Shown here in pieces: positions 1-9,855 of a stretch of DNA of 64,000 bases. Under the pieces are notes generated by a model. It had not been told where the DNA came from. It made no database searches and saw only the letters and a program-made list of their open reading frames with translations. Origin of the DNA: Planctomycetota bacterium (GTDB taxonomy: Bacteria > Planctomycetota > JAJSAM01 > JAJVHW01); contig JAJRPF010000020.1 of assembly GCA_024280885.1 (NCBI GenBank), forward strand, positions 24,697 to 88,696, in the 5' to 3' direction. Made by a program: the position numbers and the translations under genes. Position 1 is the stretch's first letter. Each line of letters starts with the position of its first letter.

Positions 1-357
1 GACGAGCGCTCCGCACTGCGCGTGAAGGGATTGAAGGTCGACTACTCGTACGATGTCGAGCACGACCTCACGGCGCACGCGTTCCTCGACTACGAACTGC
101 GCTCGTACCGGATCGACAAGGACCCGAAGTTCGGGGCAGCGTCGGACGGCTCCGTCGACGACACGCACTGGCTGCTGGGCGTCGGCCTTGATTGGAAGCC
201 CCGCGACGTCGAGTGGCTCACGGTCAGCGGCGAGATCGGCGCGATCCTGGGACAGAAGTTCGAGGTTCAGGATTCCGACGGTTCCGAGGTCACGACCAAC
301 CGAATGGACGACAACGTCGGCTTCTTCGTCGGACTCTCGGCGACGCTGAGCTTCTGA
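1..357 (+). CDS. C-terminal fragment of an outer-membrane beta-barrel-like protein; its 5' end lies outside the window
   Basis: The ORF is open from position 1 and ends in ...GFFVGLSATLSF with a terminal Phe. Alternating hydrophobic residues are typical of an OMP C-terminal beta-strand signature. Confidence 0.4.
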   Translation, partial: DERSALRVKGLKVDYSYDVEHDLTAHAFLDYELRSYRIDKDPKFGAASDGSVDDTHWLLGVGLDWKPRDVEWLTVSGEIGAILGQKFEVQDSDGSEVTTNRMDDNVGFFVGLSATLSF

Positions 358-875
358 ACGGCGCGTTCGAGGGCGCTCTTCTCAGCAACGAGAACAGCTC
401 TCCACAACGAGGACGGGGCTGCGGCATCTGCCGCAGCCCCGTTCTGATTCACAGCTTCAAGGAGTGGGGTCGTAACGGTCTCCTGATCGTCTCCCCGCTC
501 AGAGCGGGAGCACGAGGACGAACCCGGTGATGAGCGCGGCGACGATCAGGCTGTGAACATGCAGCCGCCTGGCCTGCCGCCGGATCGAAGCAGCCTGTGT
601 AGCGTCATGCAATTCCCGCGTTTCCCCGTCGTCTTCCTCGCGCGTCCCGCGCGCGGCAAGGCGCACTCAGGTCGATGCAGATGCTTGGAACCAGCATAGC
701 GAGGCGAACCAGATCGGCGCGAAGAGGAGTGCCCGCCAGCGGAGCGTCACCTCGTTCAGATCGATCGCCACGAGCCCAGCGAACGCGATGCCCAGCCCGA
801 TCGCAGCCAGCCGTTGTCGGTGCGCGACGCCCGCCGCGCCGATGTTCGTGAACGAGAGCGCGCCCGCGTGTTCGC

Positions 876-1886
876 TCACGAGATCCACTTCGCGAGATGC
901 GCGAACGAGACGTCGTAGCGATAGCTGATGCCCATGTGCCCGTCGTCGAACTCCTGGTGGACGTGGCGGATGCCGAGCGCCTTCAGGCGGCTAGAGAGTA
1001 CGCGGGCGCCCACCTGCAGGGCCCACTCGTCGCGGAGTCCGCAGTCGATGAAGATGCCGCGCAGCTGCTTGAGGTTGCTGGCGTAACGCTTCACTGCGTG
1101 CACAGGATCGACGCGCCGCCAGCGCCGCATGATCTCCGCCCGCTCTTCGCCGGTGTCGAGGTCGAACGGTAGCTCGAAACCGTAGGGCGAGGCCGCGTCG
1201 GGCGAGTAGCAGGCCGCCATCGCAATGATGTTGAGCGCGTGGATGTCGTCGCCGCCGACCTTCGTCTTCTTGCGGAACGCACGCAGCCATTTCTCGACGC
1301 CGCCCGCCGCGCGCAATGCGTTCCAACACTTCACGAAGTCGAAGCGGTAGCAGTAGTCGAAGTACGCGTCTCCAGAGTGCGACGCGAGCGCGCCGAAGAC
1401 CTTGGGATACTTCATTCCGAGCATGAGTGCGCCGTAGCCGCCGGACGATTTACCGCAGATCGCGCGGTGGCGAGCTGTCGCCTGCGTACGGAAGCCGGCG
1501 TCCACGAAGGGCACGACCTCCTTCACGACGAATGTCTCGTACGCGCCCGTGGCCGACGAGTTGACGTACTGGCTGCCGCCGAGGGACGTCATGCAATCCG
1601 GCGTGGCGAGGATCAGGGGCGGGATCTTGCGTGCCCGGATCAGCCGGTCCATGCGGTCCTGCAACGCCTCGCCGAAGAAGCTCCGCTGGAAGGGCGATGC
1701 GCCCATCCCGGTGAACCCGACGATGACGTGAATGACCGGGAAACGCTGCTTCGGGTTGCTTGCGTACTGCGGCGGCAGGTAGACGAAGACGTCGCGTTCC
1801 GACGGGTCTCCGAGTGCGTTGCCGACGAGCGCGCGGCTCTCCAATCGCTCGTGTACCAGCGTGCCGGTCCTGGTCGTCTTTGCCAT
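876..1886 (-). CDS. Putative esterase in the alpha/beta hydrolase fold (enterochelin-esterase/esterase-D-like family)
   Basis: 336-aa ORF with a GKSSGGYG nucleophile elbow (GxSxG) and HSGD/FD motifs typical of the putative esterase family. High GC3, clean frame. Confidence 0.7.
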   Translation of the reverse strand: MAKTTRTGTLVHERLESRALVGNALGDPSERDVFVYLPPQYASNPKQRFPVIHVIVGFTGMGASPFQRSFFGEALQDRMDRLIRARKIPPLILATPDCMTSLGGSQYVNSSATGAYETFVVKEVVPFVDAGFRTQATARHRAICGKSSGGYGALMLGMKYPKVFGALASHSGDAYFDYCYRFDFVKCWNALRAAGGVEKWLRAFRKKTKVGGDDIHALNIIAMAACYSPDAASPYGFELPFDLDTGEERAEIMRRWRRVDPVHAVKRYASNLKQLRGIFIDCGLRDEWALQVGARVLSSRLKALGIRHVHQEFDDGHMGISYRYDVSFAHLAKWIS

Positions 1887-2010
1887 GCGCTCCGCCTCCC
1901 GTTGTTGTGCGCCCGTCTGCGCGGCATCATTGTCCCTGGAACGGAGTGTCTCGGACAGGAGTCCTCAGCTCTCGTCCTCATATCTCGTCCTCGTCTCTCG
2001 GAGCCCGCTC

Positions 2011-5000
2011 ATGCGATTTCGTGTTCTCGCCCGGTCGCTCACTCGATCTCTGGCACTGTCTCTCTCGCTGGTGGGGATCGTGGCCTGCGGCGACACTCAG
2101 GACGGCGCCCAGAACGGCACATCAGGCGGCGCCGCACCGGCGCTCTCGGCTGCCGATGCCGTCGCGGCGATCCGGCTCGAGAATCAGGGAATCGGCCACC
2201 TCGAGCGCTACGACTACGGCAAGGCCGTCACGGCGTTCGAGGAAGCGCGCACGCTGGCGCCGGATTGGCAGGTCGCGAAATTTCATCTCGCGCTCGCCTA
2301 CCTGCATGCCGGGGCCGACACGCGGGCGGACGCGCGACGGCTGATGAACGAGATCGTCGCGGAGTCGCCGGATCACGTGCACGCGCTCTTCGGCGCCGGG
2401 CTTCTGGCCGAGAATGGGGGCGAGCCCGAGATCGCCGTGCCGCTGATGCGGAGGGCGTACGAGCTCTCGGCGGACCCGGTCATCGGCGCGAAACTCGGGA
2501 CGCTCTTGGTCTCGCTCGACGAGGAGCACGAGGCGTTCCGCGTGCTCTCGGAGGTCCATTCGCGGCGTCCCGCGCTCGTGTCTCCTGTGAACGCCCTCAT
2601 GCTCCTGAACCGCCGCCTCGGCAACGACGACGCGGCGCAGGGCTTCTACGACAAGTTGATCGCGTTGAAGGGCGCGATCAACGACGAGCGCGAGTGGATT
2701 CAGGTCGGCGAGGAAATGCGCGATGCCTATGGCAATCTCGGGCCGTACTCACTGGCGATCCGTGACTTCGGTGATCCGGGATCCGAGTACGTGCGGCCGA
2801 GGGGCGTCCCCGTGCCCGAGGTGGTCGCGACGACCGAATTCGTGCCTGGTTCGCCTCCGCCGGGCGCTCCTGCCTATCTCGGACTCACGGCTCTGGACTA
2901 CGACGTCGACGGCGATCTCGACCTCTTCCTCTGCGGCGGCACGAGTCCGTCGGCGCTCTTGCGCAACGACGGAGAACTGCACTTCACGGATGTGACTGCC
3001 GCCGCCGGCATCTCGATCGACGGCGCCTTCGCCGTGGCTGCCGGTGAACTCGATGTCGATCCGAAGGCGGCGGCGGATGCGTCCGGCGGCAGTCCGGTGC
3101 TGCCTGATCTCGTCGTGCTGCGCACCGGCGGTGTTACCGCCCTGCATAACAACGGGGACGGCACGTTCACCGACATCACGGCCGACGCGGGCCTCGCCGC
3201 GATCCCCGCGGGCGGTCGCGCGGTGCTTCTCTTCGACGCGGACCAGGACGGCGATCTCGACCTGTTCATATCGGGGGGGGGGGGGGCTGGCTCCGCCGCG
3301 ACGGCGAACGTCCTCTACGCCAATCGCGGGCCGGGGGCGTTCGTCGATGTGACCGAGGCGAGTGGCCTCGGCGGAGACGGTGGCGCGTACGGGCCTCCGC
3401 TCGTGCTCGATGCCGACGGGGACCTCGATCTCGACCTGCTCGTGACACGGCCGGCCGGTCCGCCCGTGCTCTTCCTCAACGATCGCATGCTCCGCTTCAC
3501 CGCGGCCAAAGGCTGGATCCCCGCCGATGCCGACGCATCGCATGGGGTCGTCTCAGGGGATTTCGATCGCGACGGTCGCGAGGACGTCGTGCTCTCCAGC
3601 GAGTCCGCTGCCGTGCTCCTGCGCGGGACCGGGACAGGCTTCGACGCGCGCGCTCTTCCGGGCGTGACGGGGGGACCGGCGGTGAGTGTGGACGCGGGGC
3701 TGCGGGGCCTGCGCGATCTGCTCTTCACCCGAGGTGTGCTGCTCCCCGCCGACGAGGACCGAGGTTTCGCGACGGCTATCGAGTTCGGCGCGGGCGGCGA
3801 TCTCCGCAACGCGCTGGTGGCCGATCTCGATGGCGACGGTTCCGAGGAGATCACGCTCAGCGTCGCGGGGGCCGCGTCCGAGATCCTCGGCTTTCGCAGC
3901 GCCGGGCGTGGGCACGGACTGACGCTCGACTTCCGCGGTGTCGTGCGCAACGACGTGCAGGCTGGGTGGTCCAACCTCGAGGGGCGTGATGCCTGGGTCG
4001 AGGTGAAGGCAGGGCCATTCTGGCAAGGCCGACGGGTTGGCGGCGTCGGAGGTTTTGGCGTCTCCCACCCCACCCGCAGTGTGTTCGGCGTGGGCGCGGC
4101 GCGTCAGGCCGACTTCGTCCGCGTGCTCTGGCCGGACGCCGTGCAGCAGGGCATTCTCGACGTGCCGATCGGCGCGCCCTACCTCATCACCGAGGAACAA
4201 CGTCGACCCGACTCGTGTCCGCTGCTCTTCGTCTGGGACGGGCAGCGTTTCGCGTGGGTGACCGACTTCATCGGCGCGGGCGGGCTCGGATTTCTGATTG
4301 CGCCCGGCGTGTACGCCGAGCCGGACCCGACCGAGAGCGTCAAGGTGCCGGCCGCGCTGGTCGTGCCGGATGACGACGGGCACCTGGCGTTCAAGTTCGT
4401 CGAAGCGATGGAGGAGATGGTCTACCTGGATCAGGTCGAACTCGCGGTCGTGGATCATCCGGCGGACGTGACCGTCCATCCCGACGAGCGCTTCACAGGC
4501 GAGCGGCCGTTCGCAGACGGGAGCCTGCTGGCGCATCGCGAGGAACTCGTGCCGGTCGCCGCGCGCGACGGTCGAGGCCGCGATGTGCTCGCGCTGGTGA
4601 CCGCAACCGATCGACTCTATTCCGAGGATCCGGACCTCCACCCGCGCCTCACCGGCGCCATCAGCGAGTCGGTTCTGGAATTGGACTTCGGCAGCGCACT
4701 CGAGGCCGTCGCGCCGGGCGACCCACTCGTCCTCTATCTCGACGGTTGGATCGAATACGGCTACACGCGCACGAGTGTCGCCGCGGCAGGAGAGGGCTTT
4801 GAGTACGTCGTTCCCGTGCTCGACGCGTGGGATGACGCGTCGCAGATGTGGCGCCCGGCGATCGCGAATCTCGGCTACCCGGCGGGCTTCCCGCGCGTGA
4901 TGACGTACGACGTGACGGGTGTCGTCTCGCGCGACACGCCGCGGCTACGCATCCGCACCAATCTCGAGATCTACTGGGATCGTGTGTGGCTAGGACGACA

Positions 5001-5499
5001 GGTCGACGTGGCCGCCGAGACGCGCTCGACGATCCTGAAACCGATCGTTGCTGACCTGCGTCGTGTCGGCTACCCACGCGAATTCAGCCCGGACGGTCGC
5101 GTGCCACGCATCTACGACTACGGCACGCTCGACGCCGCGATGCCGTGGAAAACTGTGGAGGGTGACTACACGAAGTTCGGCGACGTGCTGCCGCTCCTCG
5201 AAGCTGCCGACGACATGTTCGTCATCTATGGCAAGGGCGAAGAGATCGACGCCCGCTTCGATCCGTCAGAACTGCCTGCCCTCCCCGAGGGCTGGACACG
5301 CTCCTACGTCCTGCGCTTCACCGGCTGGTGCAAGGGACAGGAGTTGAATATCGCTCACGGCTTCTCGGTCGGACCGTTGCCATTCCTCGGCATGTCCGGC
5401 TACCCGTACGGCACCGACGAGCAGTACCCCGACGACGCGGCGCACCAGCGCTACCGGCGTGAGTGGAATACGCGCCGCGTCAGGGCGCCGCAGCGGTAG
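2011..5499 (+). CDS. Large lipoprotein with TPR repeats, multiple FG-GAP/VCBS-type repeats and a likely ASPIC/UnbV domain (CRTAC1-like architecture)
   Basis: Start chosen at M65 of the track ORF (MRFRVLARSLTRSLALSLSLVGIVAC, lipobox-like). TPR-like helices in the N-terminal third. At least five repeated Dx[DN]GDLDL[FL] calcium-binding FG-GAP-like motifs (LDYDVDGDLDLFLCGG, FDADQDGDLDLFISGG, LDADGDLDLDLLVTR, GDFDRDGREDVVLSS, ADLDGDGSEEITLS). A RVLWPDAVQQG segment resembles UnbV/ASPIC. Confidence 0.7.
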   Translation: MRFRVLARSLTRSLALSLSLVGIVACGDTQDGAQNGTSGGAAPALSAADAVAAIRLENQGIGHLERYDYGKAVTAFEEARTLAPDWQVAKFHLALAYLHAGADTRADARRLMNEIVAESPDHVHALFGAGLLAENGGEPEIAVPLMRRAYELSADPVIGAKLGTLLVSLDEEHEAFRVLSEVHSRRPALVSPVNALMLLNRRLGNDDAAQGFYDKLIALKGAINDEREWIQVGEEMRDAYGNLGPYSLAIRDFGDPGSEYVRPRGVPVPEVVATTEFVPGSPPPGAPAYLGLTALDYDVDGDLDLFLCGGTSPSALLRNDGELHFTDVTAAAGISIDGAFAVAAGELDVDPKAAADASGGSPVLPDLVVLRTGGVTALHNNGDGTFTDITADAGLAAIPAGGRAVLLFDADQDGDLDLFISGGGGAGSAATANVLYANRGPGAFVDVTEASGLGGDGGAYGPPLVLDADGDLDLDLLVTRPAGPPVLFLNDRMLRFTAAKGWIPADADASHGVVSGDFDRDGREDVVLSSESAAVLLRGTGTGFDARALPGVTGGPAVSVDAGLRGLRDLLFTRGVLLPADEDRGFATAIEFGAGGDLRNALVADLDGDGSEEITLSVAGAASEILGFRSAGRGHGLTLDFRGVVRNDVQAGWSNLEGRDAWVEVKAGPFWQGRRVGGVGGFGVSHPTRSVFGVGAARQADFVRVLWPDAVQQGILDVPIGAPYLITEEQRRPDSCPLLFVWDGQRFAWVTDFIGAGGLGFLIAPGVYAEPDPTESVKVPAALVVPDDDGHLAFKFVEAMEEMVYLDQVELAVVDHPADVTVHPDERFTGERPFADGSLLAHREELVPVAARDGRGRDVLALVTATDRLYSEDPDLHPRLTGAISESVLELDFGSALEAVAPGDPLVLYLDGWIEYGYTRTSVAAAGEGFEYVVPVLDAWDDASQMWRPAIANLGYPAGFPRVMTYDVTGVVSRDTPRLRIRTNLEIYWDRVWLGRQVDVAAETRSTILKPIVADLRRVGYPREFSPDGRVPRIYDYGTLDAAMPWKTVEGDYTKFGDVLPLLEAADDMFVIYGKGEEIDARFDPSELPALPEGWTRSYVLRFTGWCKGQELNIAHGFSVGPLPFLGMSGYPYGTDEQYPDDAAHQRYRREWNTRRVRAPQR
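3273..3286 (+). repeat. Homopolymeric G14 tract inside the CRTAC1-like CDS
   Basis: 14 consecutive G read directly at tcGGGGGGGGGGGGGGctgg. In the current frame it encodes ISGGGGAGSAA. Confidence 0.8.
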
Positions 5500-5613
5500 C
5501 GAACCGGGGCTGAGCCGGAGATAGGTGGCGCCAAGGAGCGCGACGCGGGTACGCCATTCTGCGGCGCACCCCGTCGCGAGTCCGGCAGCCTACGTGGCAG
5601 CCGACCTGGCAGC

Positions 5614-5832
5614 CTACTTCGAACGGTAGGTGATCAGCCCCTTGGTCGGGTCGTAGGGAGAGACACCCACGGTGACGCGGTCACCGGGGACTACACGGAT
5701 TCGATAGCGTCGCATGCGTCCGGAAAGTCGTGCGGTGATGGTGGGGCCCATATCCGTCTTGATGACGAAGTTGCCCCCCGCACGAACTTCCTCGACGACG
5801 CCTTCGATCTGGATCAGATCGTCACGGGCCAA
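5614..5832 (-). CDS. infA: Translation initiation factor IF-1
   Basis: 72-aa product ...DDLIQIEGVVEEVRAGGNFVIKTDMGPTITARLSGRMRRYRIRVVPGDRVTVGVSPYDPTKGLITYRSK matches the IF-1 S1/OB-fold family end to end. TTG start at 5830-5832 with GGAGAA about 8 nt upstream. The remaining 130 aa of the track ORF is a spurious N-terminal extension. Confidence 0.85.
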   Translation of the reverse strand: MARDDLIQIEGVVEEVRAGGNFVIKTDMGPTITARLSGRMRRYRIRVVPGDRVTVGVSPYDPTKGLITYRSK

Positions 5833-6053
5833 GGCTGATTCTCCAAGGGTCTGGAAGTTGAGCCCCGGATCGTACACACGCTTGCGCGCCGGGGTGGAGG
5901 AGTTCGGAACGCCGATTCCCACTCTCGTGAGATTTTCCCACGGCAGGACCGCCCGACAGGCTCGGATACGTGTTCTGGAAGATGCGAGTCCGCAACGATT
6001 CGTACCCGTTGCGGATCCGTGGTGCGCGGTCGTTCGGCCGTTTAGCGTGCGGT

Positions 6054-9000
6054 TCAGCGTGCAGTGCTCGCGCCCTGGTCGATCCAGTCCTGGATCAGGT
6101 TGATCTTCGACCCGGCGATCCCACCGCTCGGCGGCATGAAACCGCCCGTACCCCGCAGCCGGTCGATGAGGAACGACTGCCCCGAATTGCCGGCGCGCAC
6201 GCGCGACTTGCTGCTGTTGCACGAGTTGACGCCGATGCCATTCGAGGCAAATGCGTTGGCGTTGCCCATGCCGAAGCCGGTCGCCGTGCCGCCGCTGCCG
6301 ACGGGGCAGAACGTCGCCGAGCCGCGATGGCAGCTGGTGCAGCTCTGCGAGATGATCCCGTACGCGCGGCTGCTCGATGGCAGGGACGTGTCGTTGTAGG
6401 ACGCGAAGAACGTCACGCGCACCGTCTGCTCCTCGGACGAGCGCCCCTTGCGCGTCGCGATCACACCGAACGTTGCTGCCGGGCTTGCGCCGAACGCAGA
6501 CGTCGTGGGCAGCGGAACGCTGAACGTCGGATTCTGTGCCGATGTGGAAGAGAACGTCACCGAGGGATCGGTTCCGGTGCTGTTGATCTGCCGCCAGGTG
6601 AACGTCGCCGCATCGGTATCAGACGGATTGGCGTTCAGGCGCACGGTTGCGCCGTACGCTGCCGCGGATTTGTCGGCACTGGGAGCGAGCGTCGGCGGGG
6701 TCTCGTCGGAGAACGCGACTTGCACCGCGTCGGAATCCTGGCGACCGTCGTTGACCACGAGGCGGAACGTCATTCCGTTCAGCGGCGATTGCACCTGGAA
6801 CGAGATGGCGTTCGGATCGAATGGCACCGCTGTCCCGCTGATCTGCGTCCATGCGTACGACAGGTCGGCGTCTTCCGGGTCGGAACTCCCACTGGCATCG
6901 AGAATCACAATCGTCGCGGCGGGACCGTCGGGAGGCGTTGCCGTGGCGACTGCGACCGGCTTCGCATCCACCGTCACGGTCACGCGCGCAGCGAGACTCT
7001 CTTCGAACCCGTCGTTGCCGACCAGGTCGAAGAGGAGCGTGCCAGCGTTCGGAGCCACGAACGCAGGCGAGAGCGCGTTGCGATCCGGAGCGAGTGTGAC
7101 GCTGGGACCGGAGACCTGCGTCCATGTCAGCGCGACGCCGTCGCCGTCGCGATCGAAGGTGGTGCTCGTCAGTGTCACGATCGTCCCGGGCAGCGGGTTC
7201 TCCTCTGATGCGTCGGCCGTCACGACGGGCTTGCTGTTCAGCGGCAGGCCCGTGAACACGAGCGTCACGAGATCGGGCGCACTTGCAACGCCGGCGTCGG
7301 TCACGACCAATTCGAACGTGAGCGAGCGGGTCGGGGTGAGCGAACTCACGTCGGCCGGAAGGCGGAACGTCGGGCGCTCCGAAGAGCTGTCGAATTCCGA
7401 GTTCTCGTCGTCGACGTCGTACCAGTCGTTCCCGCTCACCTGCCGCCACGCGAACGTGAGATCGTCCGCGTTGCCCGTGCTCGGGGAGAACGAGCGTGAG
7501 CCGTCGAGCCCCACGACGCTCGTGGCCGCAACGCTTCGATTGGAGCCCGCATTCGCGAGTGGCGCCGCCGCGTACTCGGGGCCGATGACACGCACGATCT
7601 CGGGTGCGCCGTACTGCAGGTGATCGCGCGTCTGCACCGCGAAGATCCAGCGTCCGCTCGCGTCCGCGAGTCCGTCGGCGGTGGAACTCGCTGCGTCCGC
7701 GTTGGCGACGCTCGCGCCGATACCGCCGACCGCCGTCCAGCGCGTCGCGACGGGATCGCCATCCGTGTCGAATGAGTCCGAGGCGTCGAGGCTGACAGAA
7801 GCGGTCGTCGCCAGAAGCGGGCCGTTCGCGATCGTGGTGGGAGGGACGTTCGACTCGTCGGGACGCACGCGCACCCACGTCGTGTGTGCGGTAGCCGCCT
7901 CGTCGCTTACGCGCAACTCGAACATGAGGTCGGCGGCTTGACGCGGCGCCGTGAAGGCCGGGTAGAGCGTTTGTGCGCCATCGAGATCGACAGGCGGGCC
8001 ACTGCGCTGGACCCAGCTCACGCTTCCACTCGGCGCCCCGCCGCCATCCAGGAGAGTGCTCACGCCCTGCGACGCGAGACCCGAGAGATGCACCGTCGCC
8101 ATACGCCCGACGTATTGTTCGCGACCGGCGTCGGCGAGTTCCCCGGGAGAACTGGTGACGTCCACGACCAGCGTGGACTCGAACGAGCGCGCGCGACCGT
8201 CGTCCACGATGAGACCGAGGCGGATGACGGCGTCGCTTGCCGGAGCCGTGAACGTCGGCGACGCGGATGTCGGATCGTCGAGCGTCACGCCGCCCTCGAT
8301 CACGCGCCACGTATGCGTGAGACCCGCGCTGTTGCGATCGAAGGACGGACCGGCATCCAGAGTGACGGCAGATCCTGGGACCACGCTACGCGCCCGCCCC
8401 GGATCGGCGATCGGGCGATGAGCGACCTCGATCGCGACCACTCGCGGCTCGGAGACCACACCGTTCTCGACCACGGCGAGCTGAAACGCGAGTGACGTCG
8501 GCCCCGCCCGTGCGTCGATCTGCGGCGCCATGAACGTGGCGCGCGAGGAGCTTGGATCCGAGAGCGTCACGGCGGGGCCGCCGACCTGCGTCCAGATCGT
8601 CTGTAGCGCTTGCCCCGGCGCGGAGGGGACGCTCGCTGTTGCATCGAGTGCGGCCTCGATCTGCGGCTCTGCTGTTGTCGCGTCGCCTGTCACGGCGCTC
8701 GGCCGATCCCCCTTGAACTTGGACGGCTTCGTCTTGATTGAATACGCGACGCCACCGCCCGTGCCCTCGTTGCCGACGAGGCGGATGATGTAGTCGCCGT
8801 ACGTCGGCAGCTCGAAGTTCTTGAGTTTCGCAGTCCCCTTCTTCGCGTTCACCGCGGCGGCGCCGATCGACGACGCGAGAACGTTGCCGTTCGGATCGAC
8901 GACTTCGATGTCGGGGACCAGCGCCGAGCCCTTGCTGCGCTTCGCCGAGATTGTCAGCGAGTACCCATCGCCCGCGGTGATCGGGACCAACGCCGCGCGA

Positions 9001-9458
9001 CCGAGCGCGACCACCGTCGAACCCTTCGTCGCGGTGTTGTCCTTGGACTTCACGCTGATCGCATAGGCGCCGGTCGTGCCGTCTGCGCCGCGCACCTCGA
9101 CACGCCACAGCCCGGCGGTGGGGACGTCCTTGAGCTTCGCCTTGAAGCTCGTGCTCTTCGCCTTGACCTTCCCCCCGAGCGCCACGAGGTCGACGATCGC
9201 GCCGTCGGGATCGATGACGACGATCTGCGGGAGCAGGCCCGACTTCTTCGCGCTCTTGACCGTGATCGAGAGATTGCGCTTCGCGCCGTCGAGGACCAGG
9301 AACGCGGCGGTCGAAACGGCTCCCGGCCGCTCGACGACTCCGCTCGCGCTCGTGCCTGTCCGCACGGACACGTCTACACGTCCGGCTCGCGCGCTGCTGA
9401 CGGGTACGAGCGCCGCTGCGGCCAGCAGGAATCCGAGAGCAAATGGTCGGGTTTGCAT
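6054..9458 (-). CDS. Secreted cell-surface protein with tandem PPC-like and Ig/PKD-like repeats and a C-terminal Planctomycete-type cytochrome c (PSCyt1-like) domain
   Basis: Start at M42 of the track ORF (MQTRPFALGFLLAAAALVPVSSARA signal peptide; ATG confirmed as cat at 9456-9458). Six or more ~100-aa repeats with a W-x-Q-[VI]-[SG]-G-P-x-V-x-L...F-x-A-P motif. The C-terminus carries SCTSCH (CxxCH haem site), FLIDRL, MPP and LIQDWI, characteristic of the PSCyt1 domain. Confidence 0.75.
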   Translation of the reverse strand: MQTRPFALGFLLAAAALVPVSSARAGRVDVSVRTGTSASGVVERPGAVSTAAFLVLDGAKRNLSITVKSAKKSGLLPQIVVIDPDGAIVDLVALGGKVKAKSTSFKAKLKDVPTAGLWRVEVRGADGTTGAYAISVKSKDNTATKGSTVVALGRAALVPITAGDGYSLTISAKRSKGSALVPDIEVVDPNGNVLASSIGAAAVNAKKGTAKLKNFELPTYGDYIIRLVGNEGTGGGVAYSIKTKPSKFKGDRPSAVTGDATTAEPQIEAALDATASVPSAPGQALQTIWTQVGGPAVTLSDPSSSRATFMAPQIDARAGPTSLAFQLAVVENGVVSEPRVVAIEVAHRPIADPGRARSVVPGSAVTLDAGPSFDRNSAGLTHTWRVIEGGVTLDDPTSASPTFTAPASDAVIRLGLIVDDGRARSFESTLVVDVTSSPGELADAGREQYVGRMATVHLSGLASQGVSTLLDGGGAPSGSVSWVQRSGPPVDLDGAQTLYPAFTAPRQAADLMFELRVSDEAATAHTTWVRVRPDESNVPPTTIANGPLLATTASVSLDASDSFDTDGDPVATRWTAVGGIGASVANADAASSTADGLADASGRWIFAVQTRDHLQYGAPEIVRVIGPEYAAAPLANAGSNRSVAATSVVGLDGSRSFSPSTGNADDLTFAWRQVSGNDWYDVDDENSEFDSSSERPTFRLPADVSSLTPTRSLTFELVVTDAGVASAPDLVTLVFTGLPLNSKPVVTADASEENPLPGTIVTLTSTTFDRDGDGVALTWTQVSGPSVTLAPDRNALSPAFVAPNAGTLLFDLVGNDGFEESLAARVTVTVDAKPVAVATATPPDGPAATIVILDASGSSDPEDADLSYAWTQISGTAVPFDPNAISFQVQSPLNGMTFRLVVNDGRQDSDAVQVAFSDETPPTLAPSADKSAAAYGATVRLNANPSDTDAATFTWRQINSTGTDPSVTFSSTSAQNPTFSVPLPTTSAFGASPAATFGVIATRKGRSSEEQTVRVTFFASYNDTSLPSSSRAYGIISQSCTSCHRGSATFCPVGSGGTATGFGMGNANAFASNGIGVNSCNSSKSRVRAGNSGQSFLIDRLRGTGGFMPPSGGIAGSKINLIQDWIDQGASTAR

Positions 9459-9855
9459 CAAGTGCGCGTCTCCAGAGATGGTCGGCACGCGCGACAACCG
9501 GTCGCAATGACCGTCGGTCGACGCCTGCCTGGCCTGTCCAGTGTTGATCCCGACCACCCCGGTCGCCCCGAGTATAGGCAAGTTTCGCTGTTCCGTGACC
9601 TTGGTCTCGATGTCCGCGTACTCCCCCGAGTCGCGGCGTGCCCTGTTACGCGCAATTCCAGGCTGGATGTGCGCGCGTTCGTCCGGCTCTCGGACCTCTT
9701 TCAGCGAGGTGCGGCGGAACGGTGAATGCCCCCACCCCCCGTGTACCGATACGATCTAGGGACCGGCAGTCTGTGCTCCGAACTGCCGGGCGCGAATCTC
9801 CGGGCGTGGTCCCGGGGCGTATGTCGAGCCGGGGCCGAGCCTGGAGGCGACCGGC

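Noticed and set aside
1239-2765. A 508-aa plus-strand ORF, representative of many long Arg/Pro/Ala-rich ORFs in alternative frames (e.g. 6619..8310-, 8386..9507-, 9726..11333+, 23298..24569-, 32251..33564+, 42432..43682-, 49650..52202-)
   Set aside because: In ~70% GC DNA the off-frames lack stop codons. These translations are low-complexity (R/P/A/G-rich), overlap well-supported genes on the same or opposite strand, and have no motifs.
5833-6222. N-terminal 130-aa extension of the infA ORF
   Set aside because: IF-1 is ~72 aa. Similarity starts at the TTG at 5830-5832, and the upstream part is Arg-rich off-frame sequence.
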